A DNA stretch of 64,000 bases from a candidate division CSSED10-310 bacterium (GCA_016931515.1 JAFGEQ010000002.1:104175-168174); one strand, 5' to 3'. Numbered from the stretch's first letter, positions 28,416-38,722 are shown. Translations and numbers: made by a program. The notes: generated by a model from the sequence alone, not told the origin.

Positions 28416-29816
28416 TCATTCCTCCGTGTGATCTGTATTGATTCGGCGCAACAATCTCGACCGGGAGATCCCCAGTAGTCGGGCAGCCTCGCTACGATTA
28501 CCCTCTGTTTTTTCAAGAACGCATTCGATCACATCACGCTGAATATCATCCATGCTCTTCCCATGTTCAGGAATGCCAATCATTATCTGAAAGCCCCCCC
28601 CATGGCCACTCGGTCCATCCTCTTCATCCATCCTGTTGTCCGGAACAAGCCCAAGGTCGGCATGACACCCAAGATCGTCTTCGTTAATTGTTCTGTCTTC
28701 ACTCAGGATTACCGCTCTCTCTATGCAATGCTTCAATTCACGGATATTGCCATGCCAGGCTCCACTGATCAGGCATCGAATCGCTCTTTCCGTGAAACCG
28801 GCCGTCGAAATCCCATGCTCTCTCGAGTAGAAGTTTCTGAAATGTTCCGCCAATCGTACAACATCCTGACCCCGTTCCCTTAAAGGCGGTACCCAGACAG
28901 GAAAAACATTCAATCGATAATAAAGATCCTCTCTGAATTCTCCTTTAGTGACTTTTTCTTCTAGATTTACAGATGTACCCACGATAATACGGCAGTCAAC
29001 CTGAATATCTGCTTCGCCGCCGACCCTTCGGAATCGTTTATCTTCAAGTACTTTTAGCAGTTTAACCTGAATTTCCGGTCTCAGATATCCAACCTCATCC
29101 AGAAACAGGGTTCCCCCATGGGACATTTCGAAGATGCCTCGCCGGCTTTTATGAGCATCCGTAAAAGCGCCTCGCTCATGACCGAACAGTTCCGCTTCGA
29201 CAAGAGAATCCGGTATCGCCGTGCAGTTAATCTCAATGAAGGGCTTTTCAGATCGGGGACTCATCTGGTGCAGCATTTTTGCGACCAAACCCTTGCCTGT
29301 CCCGGTCTCTCCCCGAACGAGCACCATCAGTTTGTCCCTGGGAGCAATTTTGCGAATCAGTGACTTCAACGAAGTGACAGGAACAGATGTGCCGATGAGC
29401 ATATCATCAAGATCCGGTACTGCCGTTATATCACTATTTGAAGCCGCTGTACGAGGGATGAACTGCATGATATTATCCAGGAGATTCTCTTTTTCGTCAG
29501 GAAGCGCGAAAAAGTTCGAATAGCCGAGAGATCCCAATTGTATCGCCGTGGAAGGATGAATTTTCTCTCCAACCAGAATGATTGTATTCTTATGAGCAAT
29601 CCATTTTGGATCATGCAGTAAGGCGCGACGGTTTCGGGCTGTATAATCATCAATCCAGATCAGACATAATTCATCGCAATTGTCCGCTGGAAAGCCTTTT
29701 TGTTCAACCAGATCGCCATGATGAACAACGCGTAAAGGCTTGATCGGCTTCAGTGCCTGTACAAGCATTTCTTTTTGACGGGAATTGGCGACAATATGTA
29801 CTTTAAATGACTTCAA
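28416..29816 (-). CDS. Sigma-54-dependent activator with a degenerate receiver domain
   Basis: GETGTGKG, ELFGHERGAFTDA, LFLDEV, FREDLYYRL, WHGNIREL and Fis HTH (GNRSEAARLLGISR). The N-terminal REC-like region lacks the acidic pair and the conserved Lys. Confidence 0.9.
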   Translation of the reverse strand: MKSFKVHIVANSRQKEMLVQALKPIKPLRVVHHGDLVEQKGFPADNCDELCLIWIDDYTARNRRALLHDPKWIAHKNTIILVGEKIHPSTAIQLGSLGYSNFFALPDEKENLLDNIMQFIPRTAASNSDITAVPDLDDMLIGTSVPVTSLKSLIRKIAPRDKLMVLVRGETGTGKGLVAKMLHQMSPRSEKPFIEINCTAIPDSLVEAELFGHERGAFTDAHKSRRGIFEMSHGGTLFLDEVGYLRPEIQVKLLKVLEDKRFRRVGGEADIQVDCRIIVGTSVNLEEKVTKGEFREDLYYRLNVFPVWVPPLRERGQDVVRLAEHFRNFYSREHGISTAGFTERAIRCLISGAWHGNIRELKHCIERAVILSEDRTINEDDLGCHADLGLVPDNRMDEEDGPSGHGGGFQIMIGIPEHGKSMDDIQRDVIECVLEKTEGNRSEAARLLGISRSRLLRRINTDHTEE

Positions 29817-29852
29817 TCCGTAACCTCACAACGCGACGGGCACGGATAATGC

Positions 29853-29891
29853 AAAAAAAGGACCTGAACGGCATCTGTTCCGTCAGGTCCT
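29853..29891 (-). terminator. Rho-independent terminator of the 29918..31606 gene
   Basis: Minus strand AGGACCTGACGG-loop-CCGTTCAGGTCC followed by a T-tract. Confidence 0.7.
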
Positions 29892-29917
29892 AAATCAGGG
29901 GAAAATTAGGGTTGCTG

Positions 29918-31606
29918 TTAATGCTGAATACAGATGACTTCAGCCAAAATAAAATTCTCGTTGAGTTGGCCAATGACCAGAATATGCATTCCGACTTCGA
30001 TATCACTGAAGGTCATAGGGCCCATGCCCCCCTGAATCTGCGTTTCATCGTTTGCCTGAACAGTAATTCGATCCGGATTATTGTCATGTCCTGCAATTAT
30101 CTCGCATGTCATCGCATCAACATCGACCATGACAACCTCTCCAGCGACATGATCCTGCGGAGGATCCGGGGGGCCGGGTTCGTCTTCGACGGATACGAAG
30201 CGAGCAATGAAAAGATCCGAGTCATAACTGCCGACAACACGCACCTGCATGCCGGAATCTAAATCGCCGAATTCGAGCGGTTGATGATGACCCATGATAT
30301 GAGTCATTTCGGTGACTTGAACGATGATATTTTCGGGAGAGTTCTCCGCCGAGGTTACTGAAAACTGCATGGCATCGGGAAACATCTCGACGATCGTTCC
30401 GATAACAAGATCTTCTTCATGAGGCGGGTTGACTGATTGAACCATTATATAAGTCGCCATGAAAAACTCGCCATCCCATTCACCGATGGCTGCCAGATGA
30501 TCTCCAATCGTCACATCTTCAAGAGAGATAGGACCTTCAGAACTAACAATCTGAGTGTCCTCTGTAACCTGGATCACGGATTCACCGTGATGCTCACGCC
30601 CTTGAACGGTAATTGTTTGTTGTTCCAGATCAACGGCTATGACGTCACCGTCGAGATGATCTTCAGCCGGAGGTTGATGATGTTGTGATATATGTATTTC
30701 ATGGGCTGTAAACACATCATTTTCGATGGCACCCATTGCAAATATCCGGGCTCCCAGTTCGATATCTTCAAAGGTAAGTATCCCCCCTTCTTCACCCATG
30801 ATGATAGTTTGATGCGTAACCTGGATAAGGATATTCCGAGATCCATCCGGGCACTCGCGTGTTTGGACCAGCAATGTCATATCCTCTTCATTTTTCTCCA
30901 TGACCCGACCGAAAATTTCCGTTGGAGAAAATTCTTCGCAAGCCACGAAGAAACTGCGAAGATCGCTCCAGGCATAGGGTTCACCACCATCTTTCGCAAC
31001 CACACCAACTTGCCAGAAGTATTGACCATCCGGTATCAGGGACCAGATGATCCCGGGAACCGGAAGCGATGTTACCTGAGCGGGAAGAGTGACGGTAATG
31101 CGCATGCCATTCAGCATATCCAATGCGAATATGTATCCGCCGGAATTATCTACAAAGGGCAACCACTCAAAAACGGTCATCCCCTGGCAATCCACTGTTG
31201 TCCCGTTCTCCGGACTAATGAGTTCAACAGAAGGCGTGCTGTCGGTAACAGAAAATGTAAAATAGGTGAGATCACTAGTATTCAACTGGTTGTCCAACGC
31301 AAGCATACCGAGAGTGTATGTTGCACTCGAAACGGATTCGGGCATGGTGACGGTCTGTTCAAAACGGCTTAGATCGTTAAAGGATCTGGGGATCAACATG
31401 AGGAGTTGATCATCGGCCATTAAACCGACCTTGTCGATGTTGGAGAAGCCATCTGCATCCGCAACATCGGCATAGATGGTAAAGGCTTCACCCGGTTTCA
31501 CTGACAGCGGATCAACCCCACACTGGATAATACGTGGTGCGTTGGCTGCGTGAAGCGAAGCAGTTGACAACAGAATAAGTGCCATGAAAATCAACAAGCG
31601 TTTCAT
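29918..31606 (-). CDS. Secreted protein: Ig-like domains plus four DUF5666-like OB-fold repeats, His/Met/acidic-rich
   Basis: Signal peptide and GGAGG RBS. Four ~75-aa repeats of the form G.V..VD....T..V......I.V...T.I......F.D...G..I...G......F.A..I. Confidence 0.75.
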   Translation of the reverse strand: MKRLLIFMALILLSTASLHAANAPRIIQCGVDPLSVKPGEAFTIYADVADADGFSNIDKVGLMADDQLLMLIPRSFNDLSRFEQTVTMPESVSSATYTLGMLALDNQLNTSDLTYFTFSVTDSTPSVELISPENGTTVDCQGMTVFEWLPFVDNSGGYIFALDMLNGMRITVTLPAQVTSLPVPGIIWSLIPDGQYFWQVGVVAKDGGEPYAWSDLRSFFVACEEFSPTEIFGRVMEKNEEDMTLLVQTRECPDGSRNILIQVTHQTIIMGEEGGILTFEDIELGARIFAMGAIENDVFTAHEIHISQHHQPPAEDHLDGDVIAVDLEQQTITVQGREHHGESVIQVTEDTQIVSSEGPISLEDVTIGDHLAAIGEWDGEFFMATYIMVQSVNPPHEEDLVIGTIVEMFPDAMQFSVTSAENSPENIIVQVTEMTHIMGHHQPLEFGDLDSGMQVRVVGSYDSDLFIARFVSVEDEPGPPDPPQDHVAGEVVMVDVDAMTCEIIAGHDNNPDRITVQANDETQIQGGMGPMTFSDIEVGMHILVIGQLNENFILAEVICIQH

Positions 31607-31659
31607 CGTGTAACCTCCAAGGAAAAAATAGTGAAAGAACGTCCGACAGATATGGGTAT

Positions 31660-31676
31660 AGCAAGCAGTATGCCAA
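31660..31676 (-). promoter_or_regulatory. Sigma-54 -24/-12 promoter
   Basis: Minus strand T-TGGCAT-ACTGC-TTGCT, close to the consensus TGGCAC-N5-TTGCW. An IHF-like AATCATATAGTTA lies just upstream. Confidence 0.8.
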
Positions 31677-31725
31677 GCCCGTGATTTTCCATAACTATAT
31701 GATTTTTAATTATTTTTTTCGATTA

Positions 31726-31745
31726 TCAGATTTTACGATATCTGA
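31726..31745. promoter_or_regulatory. Palindromic candidate activator (UAS) site
   Basis: TCAGAT-N8-ATCTGA, about 50 bp upstream of the sigma-54 promoter. Confidence 0.35.
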
Positions 31746-31750
31746 CTGTC

Positions 31751-33553
31751 TTATTTCGATACACGTGTACCATCCGTATAACCTTTAACGGACGATATTG
31801 TGTTACAGATCGTCGATATTTCCGGGAAGTCATCGATAAACGCTTGAACCACAACAGGATCGTAGCGAATACCACTCCAGCCTATAATCAAGTCTCGCGC
31901 TTCCTCATGGGTCAAGGTTTCCTGGTAAGGTCGTGATGATGTCATGGCATCAAAAGTATCCGCGACTGCAACAATTCGTCCATAAATAGGGATATCCTTG
32001 CCGACAAGCCCCAGAGGATAGCCGGATCCATCCCATCTCTCATGATGATGGAGCATTCCGGGCAGCATATTCTGAAACATCGGCATATGCCGCATAATTT
32101 CCGCGCCCAGGACTGGATGCAGTTCCAGTGATTCTCTTTCTTCCGAGGTCAGGATGCCCGGTTTTTTTAGCAGCGATTCATTTACACCCAATTTCCCTAT
32201 ATCGTGCATTAACGCACTGATTTCCAGTTCATCAAGTTGCTCGGAACTCAATCCCATGCGTTTGCCGATGGCAACACTGATGACCTGAACACGGCGAGAA
32301 TGTCCCTGTGTATATGGATCTTTTGCATCAATCGCTGCAACCAGGGAACTCACCGATCCCATAAAAAGTTTACGCATGTTCTGCGCATTCTGCTCCAGAT
32401 CATTTGTATGTCTTGCTATCGCGTCAATCATACTGTTCAAGGTACGCGTCAGGTGCTGTAAATCTGTTGGACCGATTTCCTTGAACCTGTAACTAAAATC
32501 GCCTTTTGCGATGCGATCCAGCCCTTTCAGAATCATATTCAACGGTTTCGTAAAGCGGACGGCTATCAGAGCACCGATGGAGCCTGCAAGCAAGCCTATG
32601 AAGAACAATCCCAGAATTGTTGCAAGCGTCATTTTATTCATCAGGTCCTTGGCAGCATCCTCCATTTCAATCATGATTCCTACAGCATTGGCCGGTTTTT
32701 TCTGGAGAACCAGACCCCAATTCAACAGCTCAATCGAGCTCAATGTTCCACGGTGAAGAAGGTTATCCACTCCTTTATAAGTGAATGCTTTTTCCGTGAT
32801 CCCTTTTTCTAGAAAATCCTTTACAATAGGCAAATAATTCAGATTGCTTGCCAAAGGAAAACCAACAATGTCAGATTTCAAGATCAGAAAGCCTTTATCA
32901 TCAACAACATATATTGAGCCATCGAAGGTTTCACTGCGAGTTACCCAAGCGGCTGAAGGTAGAGCGACCAGGAATAAGTTTCGACTCTCTTCTAGATAAA
33001 AAGCAGGCATCGAAACCACGATCATGAATTCGGTGGATCCTGAGCGGGTAGCTATCGGAGACGAGACTTCCATGCCATGATCGCCAATCGATTTCAGTTG
33101 TAATTCGCCTTTCAGAGCTTTCTCATACAAGGCCTGCATTTCAGGACTACTGACCCCAACTTGAAGGCCACTAACAGAACCCAGCCACCGAATGTGTTCA
33201 AACTGATTGAGGTAAAAACGAATCAATTCCTGTCGATCCTCGAGTGGGATTTTCTCACTGTCCGCTAATCCTGATAACAACGAAATCTGTACTTCAAGAT
33301 CACGGAAGAAAGAATTAAGTCTCTGCGCATACTTTCTAGTGGTGGCCACCTGTTCGACAACGAGTTGCCTGTCGAGTGTGCCCCTGTTGAATCCGATAAA
33401 CGTGGTCAATAACGGAATAATATTGTAATAGTAAAGGCTGACGCTGAGAACCGTCAGGGGAATGATGGCAATAAGTACCATCGATAAAACAAACTGACGT
33501 CTCATATCATTTTGAAAAATCGGTTTGCTTCTTTTCGTCAAAGTCTCACTCAC
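31751..33553 (-). CDS. Membrane HD-GYP c-di-GMP phosphodiesterase (Cache-like sensor, HAMP)
   Basis: Two transmembrane helices; HAMP (TKPL..I..G..RIAKGDF); DAKDPYTQGHSRRV, HDIGK, HHERWDGSGYP and ADTFDAMTS.RPY motifs. Confidence 0.92.
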   Translation of the reverse strand: MSETLTKRSKPIFQNDMRRQFVLSMVLIAIIPLTVLSVSLYYYNIIPLLTTFIGFNRGTLDRQLVVEQVATTRKYAQRLNSFFRDLEVQISLLSGLADSEKIPLEDRQELIRFYLNQFEHIRWLGSVSGLQVGVSSPEMQALYEKALKGELQLKSIGDHGMEVSSPIATRSGSTEFMIVVSMPAFYLEESRNLFLVALPSAAWVTRSETFDGSIYVVDDKGFLILKSDIVGFPLASNLNYLPIVKDFLEKGITEKAFTYKGVDNLLHRGTLSSIELLNWGLVLQKKPANAVGIMIEMEDAAKDLMNKMTLATILGLFFIGLLAGSIGALIAVRFTKPLNMILKGLDRIAKGDFSYRFKEIGPTDLQHLTRTLNSMIDAIARHTNDLEQNAQNMRKLFMGSVSSLVAAIDAKDPYTQGHSRRVQVISVAIGKRMGLSSEQLDELEISALMHDIGKLGVNESLLKKPGILTSEERESLELHPVLGAEIMRHMPMFQNMLPGMLHHHERWDGSGYPLGLVGKDIPIYGRIVAVADTFDAMTSSRPYQETLTHEEARDLIIGWSGIRYDPVVVQAFIDDFPEISTICNTISSVKGYTDGTRVSK

Positions 33554-34980
33554 ATTGTTCCTGGCCGAATCGTATCCAGCGCACAGATGACTTTGTTCCG
33601 GTTCTGCTTTTTAGCCATATAAAGAGCTTCATCAGCCAATTGAGCCATCCTGTCGAACGTGTCGGCATGTTGAGGAAATACAACCACTCCAAGACTAGCG
33701 GTGAGATGGATATTCAGACCCTGATCCTTGAGAAAAATCTGTGCTTCGATTGCACTTCTTATCGTTTCAGCGATCATCATGGTAGTTACTTTATCAGCAC
33801 CGGGCAAAATCACCCAGAATTCATCGCCGCCGTATCGCCCAATTATAGCTGTTTCTTTAAGAATGGCCTTAAGCAATTTCCCGACTTCCTGAAGTACCGC
33901 TCGACCCCGTAAATGGCCGTATTTATCATTAACCAGTTTCAGGTAATCAAGATCGAGAAAAATGTAACCGAAAGTACTGCGGGTTTTTCCGGATTCTTCA
34001 ATCAGTTTTTCCAGCCTGCGAATTAAACTATGCTGATTGTACAGACCACTCAATTCATCCTGTTCAACTATCGCGTGTAATTTTTCAAACATCATTGCAT
34101 TATCCAAAGCAACGGCTGCGAGATCCAGAATAACCTGAACCCGTTCCATATCTCCAGGAGAGAATTGGGAGTCTACTTTATTGATGAACTCGATGGCTCC
34201 GATCTTTTTCTCATGTGTTTTTAATGGCATACACAGAATGGACTGTGAGATGAAACCACTATTATCGTCCACCGCCTTGAAGTGTCTGTGATCCTTTGAA
34301 GTGTCAGGAACAATCAACGGTTCTCCATTCTCGCAGACCCATCCCACAATTCCCTTGCCATGCGGCACTCTAATCCCAATTATTTGATCGGCTGCGCCCC
34401 CTTGAGCGGCTCTGAACACCAGGTCGCCGGTATCCATATCTCGCAAAGCAACAGACCAGGCTTCCGCATGAAGAAGTGATCCGGCAGCTTGAAGAATGCC
34501 GGTCAAAACTTCGTCCACCCGTAGTGAAGATGCCATAAACCGGCCAACAGTGACAAATGCCTGGTATGACGCCTCCAGAATTTCAAGACGAGCAGCCGCT
34601 TCGGTTTTTTTTCTATCCAACTTGCCATGACGGCGGACAGTCTCAATAACATCCCGAATTTTGAGAGGTTCAAGGGGAAGTGCGGCCACGCAATCAAGCC
34701 GTCGAACTAGATTCCACTGGTCAAACCCCAATTCTTCAGGAGGAAAAAACACAATGATGGGAACGGTCGGATATTTATCCCTGAAGGGTTCGGTGCGAAG
34801 CACCAGGGGATGGTCGGGGCGAGGCAGTACAGCCAACAGGGTTGTTGTCTGATTCGGAATCCGTGCCGGATAATAGTCTGTTGTTAAAACTTCATTTTCA
34901 TACTGCAGATCGTTTAAAATACTCCGGCAGTCTTCCTGCCAGTCATCGACATCTGTAAGTACCGTAATGTAGTCGTCCAT
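33550..34980 (-). CDS. GAF-GGDEF diguanylate cyclase
   Basis: GAF region (GKGIVGWV..GEPLIVPD..SILCMPL..EFINK), DELSGLYN, DLDYLKLVNDKYGH, RYGGDEF and ADEALY.AK motifs. No RxxD I-site. Confidence 0.92.
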   Translation of the reverse strand: MDDYITVLTDVDDWQEDCRSILNDLQYENEVLTTDYYPARIPNQTTTLLAVLPRPDHPLVLRTEPFRDKYPTVPIIVFFPPEELGFDQWNLVRRLDCVAALPLEPLKIRDVIETVRRHGKLDRKKTEAAARLEILEASYQAFVTVGRFMASSLRVDEVLTGILQAAGSLLHAEAWSVALRDMDTGDLVFRAAQGGAADQIIGIRVPHGKGIVGWVCENGEPLIVPDTSKDHRHFKAVDDNSGFISQSILCMPLKTHEKKIGAIEFINKVDSQFSPGDMERVQVILDLAAVALDNAMMFEKLHAIVEQDELSGLYNQHSLIRRLEKLIEESGKTRSTFGYIFLDLDYLKLVNDKYGHLRGRAVLQEVGKLLKAILKETAIIGRYGGDEFWVILPGADKVTTMMIAETIRSAIEAQIFLKDQGLNIHLTASLGVVVFPQHADTFDRMAQLADEALYMAKKQNRNKVICALDTIRPGTM

Positions 34981-35037
34981 AAACGGCCTGCCTCCACCAT
35001 CCACATTATGGTATTCATTTTACTCCTTGAAAACAAC

Positions 35038-37425
35038 TTATTGCGCAGGTTCGTCCGTTAACCACTGAGTCACTAATTCCCTGCCATCTGTTTGAACATG
35101 TATCATTCCGTGAAGATCAGAGCGAAGAATATGGACTCCGGGTGAAGATAATCTGATGTTGCGCAATGCTGAAGCATGAGGATGATCAAAGCGGTTGTGT
35201 CGACCGCACGGTATCATGGCGATCAGCGGACTGACGGCACGAATGAAGGCTGGAGAACTCGAAGAGCCGCTTCCGTGATGCCCAACCTTCAACACCGGAG
35301 ATTTCAGTGAGGAACCGTAAGACAACACTCCCGATTCCAGTTCCTTTTCTGCGTCACCAGGAAGCATGACTCTAAATCGGCCATATCGGATACCCAAAAC
35401 AACCGATCTGTTGTTCTCGTTAAAGGGGAAATTCTGATATATTTGCCGTGATTCCAATGTTCTCACCTTGATTCCATTATCGTCGGCTATTGTCAACAGG
35501 TTCTGAAAATCCACTTGATCATGCATCGAATCCAATACCCAGAGTTCACTGGGTCTAAATGTCTTCATGACCGATTTCATTCCCAACTGGTGATCCGGGT
35601 GAGCATGAGTGATGACAACTGTGTTGATTTTGTCGATGCCGAGCGTTCTGACAGTCCTGACGACAATCTTCGAACCTATATCATACTCAGAATCAAGAAT
35701 ACCTCCGGCGTCGATCATACATAGGTGACCATCCGGGAATCGAATCAATATACAATCTCCGTTCCCAACATCTAGCATCCATATATCCATTTTCCCTAAT
35801 TCATTTGAATGAAAACCAGGGATAATGAAAAGAAACAGAGGTACAAGCAAACAAGCCAGGATCGACCGTAACCCTCTGTGATCCTTCCAACTCAACAAAC
35901 CGATACCGATCAGAGTCGTGACCGTTACACCCGGTGCTGGTGTCATGATGGGGATGGTGATCCACGGTAATGAGGATACCTGCGCTGCTCCTCTCATTAA
36001 AAAACCCAATAAAGTGGCATGGAGATTCATCAGTATGGCTCCCAGCAAGGGAATCGGATGAAAAAGCAGTGCAGCCAAACCGCAAATCAGAACAAGAGAC
36101 GTCAAAGGAATCATGGGTAAGCCGACAATTGCTCCGAGAATACTGATTCTATTAAACCACATTGCCGAAACCGGAGTTGTCGCGCATTGTGCTGCCAAGG
36201 CAACGGCGATCGACTCGCCTACCCATCGACCCGGCAAACATTTCAGGCATTGTTTTAAACCCGGATACAGTAGGGCGATACCGAAGGTTGCAGCGAACGT
36301 TAACTGAAAGCCCGGATCATTAATCCATCCCGGCTTAAGGAACAATAACACAATGATGGAAATTGAAAGCGTATTAACCATTGATGACGGTCTGTGAAAA
36401 ATGCCTGCGGTCATATGACACAACACGAGACACGCCGCTCGGACAACCGAAGGATTTCCGCCGGTAAATACTGCGTATACACCAATAATCAACATCAGAA
36501 CGATATTTCGAGTGCGGATACCACATGGGCATCGTTTTAAAAGCCACGATACGATACCGGCGATCACGCCGACATGCAGACCTGATATGGCCAAAAGATG
36601 AACCAGACCTGCCTCCTGGAAGATTGTCTGCGTTTCAGGAGAAATCTCGTCACGCGTACCCAGTAGAAGTGCCTTGCTGATTGCTGACTTGTCAGTGCTA
36701 TTGTTCGACCGGTCTCGCTCGGATCCCAGGGTTATTTCGTCCAGAGCGTCAACTGCGGTTATTCGCAGCCGTCCCAGCATTGTCATCAGAGAATTCTTCG
36801 TTTCGAAAAGTGTTATGAACTCCGGATCCCGAACGCTCCCCGTCAGGTAGATTCGGTTGTTCCGAAAATGTGCTTCCGGGTCAAAACAACCCGGATTTCG
36901 GAATCCTTCCGGTCTGGCAAGGTTTGTTTCGCATCGAATTCCCATTCCAGGAAGGAATTTCCCGTCTGCTCGAAGAACGTACCATGCATCCTGACTAAAA
37001 TTGAGCCGGATGCGGCCGGACCTTTGCTCCAGATATCCCTTTTGTGTCTCAACGCCTGCCACATCGACGTCCACGCGGCCACCCGTCCGGGTTGTAACCG
37101 GAAACGAGGCAATCTCACCCACGACGGCCACTTCGCCCACCGGTGGGAACGCAGCAACATGATCCTTAGGGAGCATATGTATTTGCACGTGATGCCACAA
37201 CATGGATGCTATCCCAAGGGCCAAAAAGGAAAAAATCATGGCAATCCGTGGATAATGTGATTTGCTCAAACCGATTGTCAGCAGAGCTGCGCAGACAGAT
37301 AGCCATGCATATATCGCGACCGATTGTGTTTCCATTATTCGATTTGAAGCAATCATACCGGTTATCACACTGATTGCAGGGATGAAAAGCGATCCATGAT
37401 CAGATCGATTAGCAGTCACCGACAT
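35038..37425 (-). CDS. comEC: DNA internalization competence protein ComEC/Rec2
   Basis: RNPGCFD, GLVHLLAISGLHVG, PSVVRA, GFQLTF, LDVGNGD, THAHPDH, NNRSVVL, GDAE and KVGHHGS motifs. Confidence 0.95.
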   Translation of the reverse strand: MSVTANRSDHGSLFIPAISVITGMIASNRIMETQSVAIYAWLSVCAALLTIGLSKSHYPRIAMIFSFLALGIASMLWHHVQIHMLPKDHVAAFPPVGEVAVVGEIASFPVTTRTGGRVDVDVAGVETQKGYLEQRSGRIRLNFSQDAWYVLRADGKFLPGMGIRCETNLARPEGFRNPGCFDPEAHFRNNRIYLTGSVRDPEFITLFETKNSLMTMLGRLRITAVDALDEITLGSERDRSNNSTDKSAISKALLLGTRDEISPETQTIFQEAGLVHLLAISGLHVGVIAGIVSWLLKRCPCGIRTRNIVLMLIIGVYAVFTGGNPSVVRAACLVLCHMTAGIFHRPSSMVNTLSISIIVLLFLKPGWINDPGFQLTFAATFGIALLYPGLKQCLKCLPGRWVGESIAVALAAQCATTPVSAMWFNRISILGAIVGLPMIPLTSLVLICGLAALLFHPIPLLGAILMNLHATLLGFLMRGAAQVSSLPWITIPIMTPAPGVTVTTLIGIGLLSWKDHRGLRSILACLLVPLFLFIIPGFHSNELGKMDIWMLDVGNGDCILIRFPDGHLCMIDAGGILDSEYDIGSKIVVRTVRTLGIDKINTVVITHAHPDHQLGMKSVMKTFRPSELWVLDSMHDQVDFQNLLTIADDNGIKVRTLESRQIYQNFPFNENNRSVVLGIRYGRFRVMLPGDAEKELESGVLSYGSSLKSPVLKVGHHGSGSSSSPAFIRAVSPLIAMIPCGRHNRFDHPHASALRNIRLSSPGVHILRSDLHGMIHVQTDGRELVTQWLTDEPAQ

Positions 37426-37843
37426 AAATCCATTTCCTTACTGCCTCAATATCTTCACGGCGAACACCGGTTCGACGAATGAAATCGTCCACATCGAGAA
37501 AGCGACCGCGTTGGCTTCTCTCGAGTACTATCCGAACCGCAGCTGATGGACCGATACCTTTGATTGTCTGAAGCAGAGATTCATCAGCCGTATTCAGATC
37601 AAGTTTGTCTGGAAGAAACAGATAGTGATCGATTGAATAGGATATGCTCTGATACTTCCCAGAGAAGATGGTTTGAGGAATAGTTCGGGTGTTTGGTGCA
37701 GGCAAAGGTTCCAGAACCATTCTGATCGACGAAGACATGTCGGATGACGACGAACTGAAGATTCGGTTTTTGTGTGTGCACAATGCGAACAGATTCAACC
37801 AAAAAGTAATGAGGGCAGCGAAGAGGCAGATTTTTCTTTGCAT
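37409..37843 (-). CDS. comEA: ComEA-like helix-hairpin-helix DNA-binding protein
   Basis: LDLNTADESLLQTIKGIGPSAAVRIVLER..GRF; N-terminal hydrophobic anchor; overlaps comEC. Confidence 0.8.
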   Translation of the reverse strand: MQRKICLFAALITFWLNLFALCTHKNRIFSSSSSDMSSSIRMVLEPLPAPNTRTIPQTIFSGKYQSISYSIDHYLFLPDKLDLNTADESLLQTIKGIGPSAAVRIVLERSQRGRFLDVDDFIRRTGVRREDIEAVRKWIYVGDC

Positions 37844-37991
37844 AACTACCTTTTTGTAAAATATATTTACTATTTTAACGTTTATTAAATTTTTGTCAAA
37901 CCCGAACAGACCAAGACTAGTTTATGCTGTTGACCCTCTCGATCAGTTTACGTATTCTTTGGAGCGTTCCGGATTCTCAGGAGGATAGACA

Positions 37992-38687
37992 GTGCGTACA
38001 CTTTCGATCATCATTCCCATTTACAATGAAGCAGCAACTCTGAACGACATTATCGACAAAGTTTTAAATGTAAATCTGTCTGAACTTAATTTCCGTAAAG
38101 AGTTAATAGCTGTTGATGATGCCTCAGATGATGACTCCTGGAAACTGATCGAGTCCCGCCGCGGAGATATCGATCATATTGCAAAGCATGATGTGAATCG
38201 AGGGAAAGGTGCAGCAATCAGGACCGGCCTGACATTAGCCACAGGCGAGTATATAATCGTACAAGATGCCGATCTGGAATATGATCCGGATGAATATATC
38301 AATCTGCTTAATCCAATTATCAAAGGAAAAGCAGATGTTGTTTATGGGTCGCGATTCACCGGCGAACGCCGGAACATGTTCCTTCATCACTGGGTCGGGA
38401 ACCGTTTTCTGACACTGGTTACCAATATTTTATACGGCACAACTTTGTCGGACATGGAAACCTGCTACAAGCTATTCTCCAGGAAAGCACTGGAAGGTAT
38501 CCGAATCCGTTCGGACCGGTTTAATTTTGAACCGGAGATCACTGCCAAGATTCTAAAAAAAGGTATTCGCATATATGAAACGCCCATATCATACACCGGG
38601 CGGGAGTACTCAGAAGGTAAGAAGATAACATGGCGGGACGGTTTTTCCGCCTTATGGACAATACTCAAGTATCGTTTTGTTGATTAA
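37992..38687 (+). CDS. Glycosyltransferase family 2, DPM1-like
   Basis: [39 protein letters not shown] and [10 protein letters not shown] motifs. Confidence 0.92.
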   Translation: MRTLSIIIPIYNEAATLNDIIDKVLNVNLSELNFRKELIAVDDASDDDSWKLIESRRGDIDHIAKHDVNRGKGAAIRTGLTLATGEYIIVQDADLEYDPDEYINLLNPIIKGKADVVYGSRFTGERRNMFLHHWVGNRFLTLVTNILYGTTLSDMETCYKLFSRKALEGIRIRSDRFNFEPEITAKILKKGIRIYETPISYTGREYSEGKKITWRDGFSALWTILKYRFVD

Positions 38688-38722
38688 AATGGCGAAAAGC
38701 CCTCAATCTGAAGGAGACGAAA

